From Azolla caroliniana (taxonomy: Eukaryota; Plantae; Polypodiophyta), in NCBI GenBank assembly GCA_043228905.1, contig JBHGNT010000015.1, positions 19,778,001 through 19,842,000 of the forward strand: DNA of 64,000 nt, in the 5' to 3' direction. This document shows, piece after piece, positions 1-9,914 of this stretch. The position numbers and the translations under genes were made by a program. How positions within the stretch are numbered: position 1 is the stretch's first letter; every line of letters begins with the position of its first letter. The notes beneath the pieces were generated by a model. The model was not told where the DNA came from and did no database searches. It worked only from the letters and a program-made list of their open reading frames with translations.

Positions 1-772
1 TCTCTCTCTCTCTCTCTCTCTCTATTAAGGTATGTCTGTTGCATTTATGTAGGAACTTTGATGACGGCTTATTGAAAGAGATGGCAGGGTTTGATTATGA
101 TGCAGATATTCCAACCTTGTCCCATCCGCCTACGCTTAGTAAATATCTAGTAGGAGAGGTTGCAACAAGCAAAACCTTTTTTTCTTGGTACCGGCTTTCT
201 CTGATGTTTGTGATTAAACTGTCCTTTATGCGCAGGAAGAATCGAATGTTCAAACTGATTTTATCAATGGTAATAAACAGGATACTGGTAGCAAGCTTTA
301 ATTAGGAAACAAGAAGAGATTAGAAGAGGCAACTTTACAAGTTTTCTTAAAATTTATGGATTTCGAAGGCCAGTATTTCCGAAACACAGGGAGTTTCCTG
401 AGTCTGAATTGAAGAAAGATATTCAACTATAGGCAGCTCATTATGTTACATGGACAAGATATTGAACATCAACATAAATCCGAGGGAAAAGTTTCAGTGT
501 TGCCAGTTGGTTAGGCATTAGGATTCTTAAAATCTTCCCTTCCAGAGGCTACTGATGATTGGATGGCAGCATTTCCTGGGATCGCTCGTCAAAGTGAAAG
601 TTCATTCTATAGCAATCAAGACAATCCTGCCCTTACGGCTGCAAAGCTTTCAAGGAAGGATGTTTCGAGAAGGTAACAATAGCACGTAGAAAATTGTTCA
701 AGAGTGATTATACTTGAAGTATTCTTATAAACTGTTAATTAACAGAAATAAGTGATTGTCCTTTTTTCTTAT

Positions 773-834
<62 letters not shown>

Positions 835-1315
835 CAGGCGTATCCTGTAGATCAGCGGCAATGATGTGAAGATATCTTCTCTGGTCATATGAAAACAAAC
901 CCAGAAATTCATAGGGAAAATCCTATGATTATCCTTCAGGATCTTCCAGATAAATATAACACATATGTAAAGTTTCAGACCCTGCTTTCATTTTTCTCAG
1001 TTATTTATTATGCTTGAAAATCATGATCTGCTTTGTTTTTCAGGTAGAGTTCAAAGCTTTACTGAATACAACAAAGGATTTGCAGTTTTCTGTTGAGGTA
1101 GATTAAAATTTTTGGCAATTAAATTTAATCTTTTAACTATTTAAAGTGGCTCATATATATATGCACACACACATATATATGCTTCTACGTAAGGTTTTGA
1201 TTCTTTATGGTTATTTGTTAATAAACAATTATGCACAGGTGTTCTTTGATAGGAAAAAGGTTGGGGAGGGCATTGGTGGAAGTAGAAAAGAAGCCCAGTA
1301 CAGAGCAGCTGATTG
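1..1315 (+). pseudogene. CPL1-like pseudogene fragment (inverted duplicate of ~42163-43730, exons and introns)
   Basis: Reverse-complement match to the CPL gene ([22 protein letters not shown] vs [22 protein letters not shown]) with introns retained. Has a ~230-bp deletion at ~360 removing an acceptor, stops (TAG ~512, TGA ~862) and small indels. Homology ends at ~1315 and may extend left of the window. Confidence 0.9.
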
Positions 1316-1536
1316 GTGTTAAACTTATTGCATCTTATTCACACTTGGTGTTAAACTTATCCCCACACAACACTTTTCATTTCCTTGCGACAATGTCTAA
1401 GAAAAGTATGGTGGTCGCAAGGGGAAAAATATACACAGAAAAAAACTGTGTCCACGAAAGAAGAAGATGATGAAAGAGATAAGAGAGTAGTGTGCAAAAA
1501 GATGGGATGTAAGAAATATGCCCATCTACACTTAGG

Positions 1537-1539
<3 letters not shown>

Positions 1540-1605
<66 letters not shown>
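1540..1605 (+). repeat. (GA)n microsatellite in the leader of FMO copy 1
   Basis: Pure GA run ending ~18 bp before the ATG. Equivalent runs precede copy 2 (~26990-27012) and copy 3 (~38800-38839). Confidence 0.9.
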
Positions 1606-1610
<5 letters not shown>

Positions 1611-1623
1611 TCGTAGAGTGGCT

Positions 1624-3447
1624 ATGGTTATGGCCCTGGCTGAAGAGGAGGTGAATGGTTGGCTGGGTAGCTTTGAAGCTGCCCTTCTCCAAAGAGATGT
1701 GGAAGCTGCAACCCAACTCTTCCTCCCGGACGAATGCTTCTGGAGAGACCTCCTCACCTTCACATGGAACATCTACACGGCCGAATCCCGACAAGAGATC
1801 GGAGACATGCTCCGATCCATTTTCATTGAAGGTGACCACATCCACCCTCCCTCCTCTTGCAAGCTCCAAGGTGAAGTGGAAGACCTCACCCCCCATCCCC
1901 ATGGCATCATCCAAGCCTTCTTCACCTTTGAGACTCCCATCGCACGGGGCCGCGGACACCTCAAGCTACGAGGCGGGAAATGCTGGTGCCTCCTCACCTC
2001 CATGCTAGAGCTCAAAGGCCATGAAGAGCTGGCCGGAACCCGACGTGAACTGGGCGTAGTCCATGGTGCCTTCCGTGGCGGCCGCCAGACATGGCTCGAC
2101 ATGAGGCATGATGAATTGTCACGCCTCGGCCACACCCCCTCTACCCAACCATACTGTCTTGTTGTCGGCGGCGGACAAGCTGGGATCGCCCTCGGTGCTA
2201 GGCTTCGCCGCCTCTGTGTCCCGACCATCATCATTGAGAAGAACAAGCGTCCCGGCGATACATGGCGCAACCGATACAGATCCTTATGCCTCCATTTTCC
2301 TGTCTGGTTTGACCACTTTCCTTACATCCCTTTCCCTGACCATTGGCCAGTGTTCTGCCCCAAAGACAAGCTGGCTGATTGGCTCGAGGCGTATACCCTC
2401 ATCATGGAGCTTGTGTATTGGGGCTCCACAGAATGCAAATCTGCCTGGTTCAACCCTGTCGAGGAAAAATGGGAAGTATTGGTAAACAAAGAAGGTGAAG
2501 AGATTTTGCTCTACCCTAAGCACCTGGTGCTAGCAACTGGCATGTCTGGTTTCCCTAACGTTCCCTTATTCCCGGGTGCCGAAAACTTCCAAGGTGTACA
2601 ATGCCATTCCAGCCAATATCAGGATGGCCGAGAATGGACGGGGAAACGGTGTGTTGTCGTGGGGTCCAATAACTCTGCACACGATATATGTGCCGATCTG
2701 TGGGAGAGTGGGGCTGCTCGAGTGACCATGCTTCAAAGGTCTTCTACCCATGTGTTGCGCACAGAAACTATGCCCATTGCGGAGGCTTCGCCCTACCATG
2801 AAGGCTCGAAATACACTACTGAAGATGCTGACCTTCTTTTTGCTTCGGTGCCATATAAAATCATGCATAGATCCGCCATAGAACGCTACAAAAGAACTGC
2901 TGAAATTGACGCAAAGTTCTATGATGACCTTAAGAGAGTGGGGTTCATTTTCGACTTTGGGGATGATGGGTCAGGGTTGTTTATGAAGTACCTCCGACAA
3001 GGGTCAGGATTTTACATTGATGTGGGTGCATCCGATCTCGTGATAAAAGGTGAGGTCAACCTAAAGAGTGGGGTAACATTGAAGGAAATGAAAGAGAGGA
3101 GTGTGGTGTTGAGCGACAACACTGATGTGGAGGCCGATCTAGTGGTGTACGCGACTGGCTATGGGTCCATGAATGAATGGGTGGCCAAGCTTATCTCTCG
3201 AGAAGTGGCGGACAAGGTTGGCAAGTGTTGGGGGTTAGGGTCAGATACCAAGAAGGACCCGGGCCCGTGGGAACGTGAGATTCGTAACATGTGGAAACCA
3301 ACCCAACAAGAAGGGCTATGGTTGCATGGGGGTGGCTTCATTCATTGTAGACAATATTCCCTATACTTAGCATTGCAAATCAAAGCACGCATGGAGGGCA
3401 TCCCCATCCATGTCTATGGCATGGGAAAGGTCCACCATATTGCTTAA
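1624..3447 (+). CDS. Type II flavin-containing monooxygenase (bacterial-type, SnoaL-like N-terminal domain), copy 1, intronless
   Basis: Uninterrupted ORF, first ATG 1624. N-terminal FWRDLLTFTWN domain, FAD motif GGGQAG, GDTWRNRYRSLCLH, ATG motif, FMO fingerprint FQGVQCHSSQY, NAD(P)H motif GSNNSAHD, C-terminal GKCWGLGSDTKKDPGPWEREIRNMWKPTQQ. Confidence 0.92.
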   Translation: MVMALAEEEVNGWLGSFEAALLQRDVEAATQLFLPDECFWRDLLTFTWNIYTAESRQEIGDMLRSIFIEGDHIHPPSSCKLQGEVEDLTPHPHGIIQAFFTFETPIARGRGHLKLRGGKCWCLLTSMLELKGHEELAGTRRELGVVHGAFRGGRQTWLDMRHDELSRLGHTPSTQPYCLVVGGGQAGIALGARLRRLCVPTIIIEKNKRPGDTWRNRYRSLCLHFPVWFDHFPYIPFPDHWPVFCPKDKLADWLEAYTLIMELVYWGSTECKSAWFNPVEEKWEVLVNKEGEEILLYPKHLVLATGMSGFPNVPLFPGAENFQGVQCHSSQYQDGREWTGKRCVVVGSNNSAHDICADLWESGAARVTMLQRSSTHVLRTETMPIAEASPYHEGSKYTTEDADLLFASVPYKIMHRSAIERYKRTAEIDAKFYDDLKRVGFIFDFGDDGSGLFMKYLRQGSGFYIDVGASDLVIKGEVNLKSGVTLKEMKERSVVLSDNTDVEADLVVYATGYGSMNEWVAKLISREVADKVGKCWGLGSDTKKDPGPWEREIRNMWKPTQQEGLWLHGGGFIHCRQYSLYLALQIKARMEGIPIHVYGMGKVHHIA

Positions 3448-4029
3448 TAAGTGTGGCATTTGATAATGTTTTTTAGGTTTGGGCATTTGTTAGGATATCC
3501 TAAGATTAAGGCATGTCATCGAATAAAACCGATCTCCTGGCCAAAACAATGAGAGGAAAATTTAGGAAAGCATGTTTGTATTAATGTGCTTTGTCTTTGA
3601 TGAGGGAGTGAGTGTTGTTTTGCAATTCACATATGAGTTTGAAAGTTATCTTCCATGCTATTATATATTGTATCTGGAAAAGGGCTTTGTTTATTGTAAT
3701 GCTTTGCTATGTACGAGTGATTGTTTCCTCTTTTGGTCTATATCATATACATGGTAGGTAATTGATAATTCATTAATACATTAACAAATAATTGGGGATG
3801 CGTTACACTGTGATGTAAACATTTGTGTATCTAATATCTATAAAGTAAGCAAAAGTATATATTTGTGAGGAAAAACACTTAAAACCCTAACGACTAAAAT
3901 TTTACAAAAAATAAACTTGTTTTGGTTTGAAGATTATATCAATGGTTGGAGGAACCTAATAAAGAAGATGCTAACTATCTGTTGAGGGATTGATCTAGGC
4001 TGTTGTGCTCTACAATGAACTTGTCCTAG

Positions 4030-5350
4030 ATCTTTTGAACTTGGGGCAATCCCATAAATATTGTCTTAGAGTCTTGATAGGTGCAAAACATAGTGGGCAA
4101 GCTATTGGGCATCCTCGTTTGCCTAGCCATTTGCCAATAGGGACCATGTTATGGGTGATCTACCATGTTACAGACCCTTCCAAAAGGTACCGAGCACTTC
4201 ATCAGGGATGCCCAATATCTGCCAACCATTGCATAGGAACCTTCTCGTTGCATTGTCTGCCACGTGGATCGAGTGCCAGGTGCCACTACTGTAGCCCTTG
4301 TATTTGTTGATGCCCTTCAACGGATTAACCGTTCTAGTCTCATCAAAGAGATTGAGCCATATATCTCCTCTCGCATCCCCCACTTGAACCTTGTCAACCA
4401 CCTCTACTATTAGTCTGTTCATTTTCTTAATTCCCTTGAGGTGAGGGATTGGGTCCTCCCTCGCCCCTCTTGGAGCCATCATGCGTCTGCAATCACCTAT
4501 AGAATGGAACCTTGTTTGCCCTAGCTTTCCCCATGCGAGGCCCTTGAGCTGCCCTATCATCATGTCGTCACTAGGTTGCAGTGGTGGATTCCAAAATAAT
4601 GGTTGTCTAGTCCATTTGATTTGTGTCTTTGGGATATGCTTGACCAAATGTTGCACGTGACCCCATGCCCACAAGATGGAATTCGTTACCCTATCCTTCG
4701 GATGAAAAGTTGGATGGACGCCTCATGGTGTTATGAATGCTCAAGAGGTAAACACATCCAAACTTGTTTTGAGAGAGGCTTGAAGACCGCATCCCCTCAT
4801 TTTTGAGAGATTTGGATGTTGATCGTAAGCTTCACCCTTTGGTATGTGTGGAAAGCATGTTGCATAAAGGTCTTCCAAATTTGGAATGCGCCCCCCCCCC
4901 CCCCTAGAGGAATTGATCATGGATATTTGGTTCGTGATTATCAGTTGCTTATGAGGGCAATTGGATTAGGTTTGCGGCCACTTTGACTACATGGTTATTG
5001 CCCACTTACACTTTTGGCAAAAATGGAGGAACACGTCGATGGTGACACAAGTAGGAAATGGCTTGAGGTGGAACTACTAGCCCCCACGTTGGTTGTTTCC
5101 TGCTCACCTCCCACCCTCCCTCTGTTGAAGGCCAGAGGATCGGGCATGTGCTGGCCAGTGATGATTGTTTATAGCTCTAGATACCTACTTACATTAAGTA
5201 GAAAGTAATAGAGGACATGTATGGAGTTTGATATTCTTGAACTTGATCGGGGGGTGATTCCCCAGTTTAAATACTTGTATAGTCTTTTTGTAAAAATCTC
5301 TCCTAATTAATAGGACAGTAGCTCCTTTTTTAGAAAAGTAAATAAAGAAG
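4030..5350 (+). mobile_element. Degenerate L1-type LINE 3' fragment
   Basis: Stop-riddled frames read EIWMLIVSFTLWYVWKACCIKVF, ELIMDIWF and LRWNY*PPRWLFP, resembling the C-terminus of plant LINE ORF2. Boundaries approximate. Confidence 0.5.
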
Positions 5351-6396
5351 ATGCCATATTGTGCATGGAGTAAAATCACATGCTTGATCAAACTTATAAA
5401 CTTGCCTATTATTGTTATGGAAAAATTGATTGCACAATGTAAAAGGGTTCTAGTAGTGTAATCTTTACCAAATTTATTTTTAATACATATCTATAAACTT
5501 TGATCAGCAACAAAAACAACTCTTGAAGAGGGAATTTGTAATCTAGACGTGAATTAAGACATTCTCTGCAAGGCTTTTCTCAAGTGTTCCATGGAACTTG
5601 CAAAGACATTCTTTCTTGTAGGTTGAGTGAGCCAATCCTCATCCACAATTACTCAACACAAATGAAGTGCTCGGTACAACTCTCCATGACAGAGCACATT
5701 TGTGTCCTTGTGGAACATATGCATATGGTCTTTCATGTGAACCCCCCCCCCCAAAAAATTACAACTCATATCACCACTACAAAATTGGATCAAATTTCCT
5801 ATTTCCCTTCAAACAAATGAAAGGTGCTAAATTTCGAAAAAATTAGATAAGAAATCAAGATTTTGTTATAAAATTTTGTGAGCAATAGGATTTGGACCTC
5901 TTGGTTCACTGCTCTTCCATTTGAGCTACACTCATTTGACTAGATTTTTCCCCATTGTTGAAACTCATCAATTTCTTTTTTGGGTAGTCACCACAAAGAG
6001 AACTCAAGTAGTTTCACCGTGGTAATGTTAGAACCCTGAAGGGTGCCTTCATGGGGGGCCTCACAATAGAACTCATTGAGTTTTATTGTGATGCCACATT
6101 GAGCATTTTATGGATAAAATAATGATGAGTGGATATAATACGAGATTAAGGAAGCGAATGGATTAAGGTTGCCTAACCACATTGAACACCCCTTGAGCAA
6201 ACGGCATGAGACAAACAAGAAATACCATTGGTGTCCTATACCAATGAATATTACCTTATGTTAAACCTTGATAGTTCAATAATTTATCTAAATAAGAGAG
6301 GTTAGCCTCATGAATAGAGTCTTGACAATGTCTCAAGATGCCATTATGAAGGGGGTAACTAATTCCCTTTACATAGTCCAACATTGAAAGCTCACA

Positions 6397-6833
6397 AACC
6401 ACCACACATTCTTTTGTGCACACTAAGGTAAATGGGGTTTGTTCCAATTCCTAGGGTAACTTGTTTCTCAATTATTGTACCCATAACCCATTACAATTAG
6501 CTTTAGAATTCATCCTTAGCTTATGCCTATGACAAAACACTAACCACCACACATTCTTTTGTGCACACTAAGGTAAATGGGGTTTGTTCCAATTCCTAGG
6601 GTAACTTGTTTCTCAATTATTGTACCCATAACCCATTACAATTAGCTTTAGAATTCATCCTTAGCTTATGCCTATGACAAAACACTAACCACCACACATT
6701 CTTTTGTGCACACTAAGGTAAATGGGGTTTGTTCCAATTCCTAGGGTAACTTGTTTCTCAATTATTGTACCCATAACCCATTACAATTAGCTTTAGAATT
6801 CATCCTTAGCTTATGCCTATGACAAAACACTAA
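6397..6833. repeat. Three apparently identical 145-bp tandem copies
   Basis: Unit aaccaccacacattcttttgtgc...gacaaaacact starts at 6397, 6542 and 6687. Confidence 0.95.
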
Positions 6834-7257
6834 AGGGGTTCCTTCATGATAGAATACATCAAGTTCTAAAGGAGTTCCAACGCTCAAAGTTCTCGTATAG
6901 AATAGAACTCCTTCATCTAGAGTCTATGCACAACTCTTACATAAGAATGTGGTGAGCACCACTACAACTTGTGCTATTCCTCTATCCTACTCCATGCACA
7001 ATGATCTACTAGACACAATCACACACACACATGGGGCATTGCTACAACTTGTGGTGCTATTCCTCTATCCTATAAATGAGGAGTTAAACACTAGTCACAA
7101 TCATCACACACACACCCACATTTTTTTATATAAAAACACACTAAAATAGGAAACTTGAAATTTGTGCACATAGTTTCTGTGTTGTCTCTAGGTGCTTTGC
7201 ATTGAGTGCATGTCTTCATTCGGCCAAAGTTCTCTCTCCTTGTTGAAATCATATGAT

Positions 7258-7289
<32 letters not shown>

Positions 7290-7472
7290 AGAAGAAGAAG
7301 AAGAATTAAAAATCTTGGGGAGAAGAAGAATGAAAAAGGCACAAATGTGGACATTACAGCTCTTTACGAGAGTATTGGCCCTTTTCACACCAGAGTGGCC
7401 ATAAGGCGTTAACCCACACTTTCATCCTAAGCATCAATACCATCTCTTATATTGAGGGGGGATAGTGAGATG

Positions 7473-8009
7473 TGTTAAGAAACAGGGTCCTCCGGATGGG
7501 AAGGAGAGCTTGAGTTGGAGAGAAAAGTAAGCTGAATTGGTCGACATCAACTCGGTCGAGGTAGAAAAATCGACAAATTTCCAATTCGGTCAAGGCCAAA
7601 AATCGAATAATAGTTGATTTAGCTAATAGTCAAATCGGTCGAAGCCGACTCAGGGCTATATTTGTAAATAGTCTATATCGTGTATGAGTATAAATACACT
7701 TAGGGCAAATCATTATAATGAAGGTGTGATGAATCATTTGTGTAACTAGTGATGAATAGAGAGGAGACTGTCTCCTCTATAACCATTGATCTGACGAAGA
7801 AGAACTTAAAGTTGTTGCCTTGCAGTTTCTTGTTGTATTCCTTTCTCCCATAGTTATATAGTTCTTGGAGTTTGTGGACTCCCGTGGTTTTTCCCTATCA
7901 GGGTTTCCACGTTAAAAATACTTGTCTATACTTTCATTTCCTGTCATTTCGATCTTTGCACCTGCATTTGCACACATGATCACCAGTTGTGGATGGCCGA
8001 TCTTCATCA
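7473..8009 (+). mobile_element. Solo LTR (Copia-related) with 5-bp TSD
   Basis: TG...CA ends, AGATG at both 7468-7472 and 8010-8014. Shares gtgtatgagtataaatacacttagggca and cgtggttt..ccacgt blocks with the Copia LTR at 23689. Confidence 0.85.
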
Positions 8010-8687
8010 AGATGTCCTACATGAGTGTGGTAATTGTAAAATTTCTTTTGTGTTGCCTGCGTCCCACTACTAAATGACATGATGAATAAACATAATGGGT
8101 GGGTTATGTTCATAGTTGGAGTAGGCTAAGACAAACCATTTATAGATCATAATCTCAAAGTCTTGTTAATAGGATGACAACAAGATGGACACACATGTCC
8201 AAAGACCAACAATTTCACACCTAGTGGTAGCTTCAACTAAGGTTTCAATATTTGTGGGGGTGTGGTAGCTTAATGGGGGGATAGGTAAAGAGAAGTCAAT
8301 GGTCAACATACAAATCACTTAGATGTCCAAGTTGGGGATAGTTCTTCATTACTCAATGCATCCTATATTCAACAATTTTATGCTAGAAAGGGCAAGAGGC
8401 AATTAAAGAGTGATGTAGAAAAATTCTCTTAGTAATGAGGTAATAAGCCTAAGGCCAATGACAAGGAAAAGGGTCTCATGAACAGATATATATATATAGA
8501 TCGATGTATGTGTGACTGTATGTAATCCCATAATCATGATAAAGATTTAAACCCATGACTTCTTAGAAAAATATCTTTAACCTTCACCATTAAGATGTAT
8601 CATATTTACTTATTTTGAATTTCTATAGATTAAACGTAATATTATAAAATGCAACCACTTCACACAACTGACTAATGTATTTGTAAG

Positions 8688-8943
8688 CATAGTACGTAAA
8701 ATTCGTGTTCGTCTAGTATAACATTCGTTGTCCTACGTTGAAAAACGAATGCGAATGTTATCCAAACATTCTTGTGTGTTTTTTTTTTGTTTTTTTCCCA
8801 TTTTTTTAATGTTTTTTTTCATTTTTAGGCTTATCTACCTCATAATAAATAGTTAATCCAAAAGTATGATATTTATCATTCTTTGAGGGTATTTTTCTTT
8901 TGCGAATGAGAATGCACGTATGGTACGTATGGTTCATACTATG
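8688..8943. mobile_element. hAT-type MITE
   Basis: TIR CATAGTA/TACTATG with 8-bp TSD TTTGTAAG on both sides. Same family as 21596 and 54064. Confidence 0.88.
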
Positions 8944-9237
8944 TTTGTAAGCTACCAAATGTCATGCTTGAATGTGAATACCAAGGGATGATCTTGCAAA
9001 GTTGTGAGGTGATGAACATGCATGTCCAAACCATGCTATATACGCATGTGTTTCAATATTGACAAACCGTACTCATGTATATCTTGTGCTCCTTGTTAAC
9101 ACATTTTTATTCTTCATATATTTTCCTCTTCTTACTCTCTTATTTGATTTGATCTTTCTCCAAAGTCAGCTAAAACCAAGGACTAGGGGTGTCAATCCGC
9201 AATGGCAAAAACCATGTTATACTTCCAACACATAAAA

Positions 9238-9425
9238 ACACTTATCTTTACCCTCCATGCAATTGTGGAAACCTAAAGGGATTCTTAAGTTAAACTGACA
9301 TACACTTATCTCTCCCCTCCATGCAATTGTGGAAACCTCAAGGGATTCTTATGTTAAACTGACATACACTTATCTCTCCCCTCCATTGAACCATGGAAAC
9401 CTCAATGGTTTCTTAAGTTAACACT
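9238..9425. repeat. ~64-bp tandem repeat x3
   Basis: acacttatct..ccctccat..ggaaacct..ttcttaagttaa repeated three times. Confidence 0.85.
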
Positions 9426-9914
9426 CGCTGAATCATGTATATCTCGGTTAATTATTCTGGAGCAAAATGTCTTGCTTCTTTTTATGTATCTAGAATCTAT
9501 CGATTCAATAACCAATGATAAAGATAGTGCATCAATCTTTGGAATTAAAGTCTCATTTGAAGCATCAATGGATTTTTCACTCGTTCATTCCATGTTTTTC
9601 ATTAACGATTCTCAATATTGGGAGACCAATCATCCAAAAGAAGGGAATGTTATGATTTATGTAGGTTGTACATGTAAAAATCCTTCAATATATAATTATG
9701 GATCAAGAATCCACAAAATGATAAGGTTCATGTTCCTTGCGTTTCTCCATCTCTGATTCATTATACAAAGGATAGGATCAGCACTAAGGAATGATGATCT
9801 AAAACAAGATGGGATGTAAAAATAATTACGACAAACCTGATATTTGAGAGGTGTAGTAGACAGCTAATGATGGATAAGGAACAATATAGCAATAAAAGTG
9901 GATTTTACTCAATT

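Noticed and set aside
1357-2868. Overlapping and antisense ORFs on the FMO genes (also 25301-27258 and 37114-38910)
   Set aside because: Shadow ORFs from GC-rich codons and GA/CT repeats (SLSLSL, ERERER).
1624-3447. YUCCA / indole-3-pyruvate monooxygenase annotation for the FMOs
   Set aside because: They are ~610 aa with a ~175-aa N-terminal extension, have GGGQAG and GSNNSA instead of GAGPSG and GCGNSG, and lack introns.
6397-6833. CRISPR-like array (also 34470-34790 and 9238-9425)
   Set aside because: Head-to-tail repeats without unique spacers, no cas genes, eukaryotic context.
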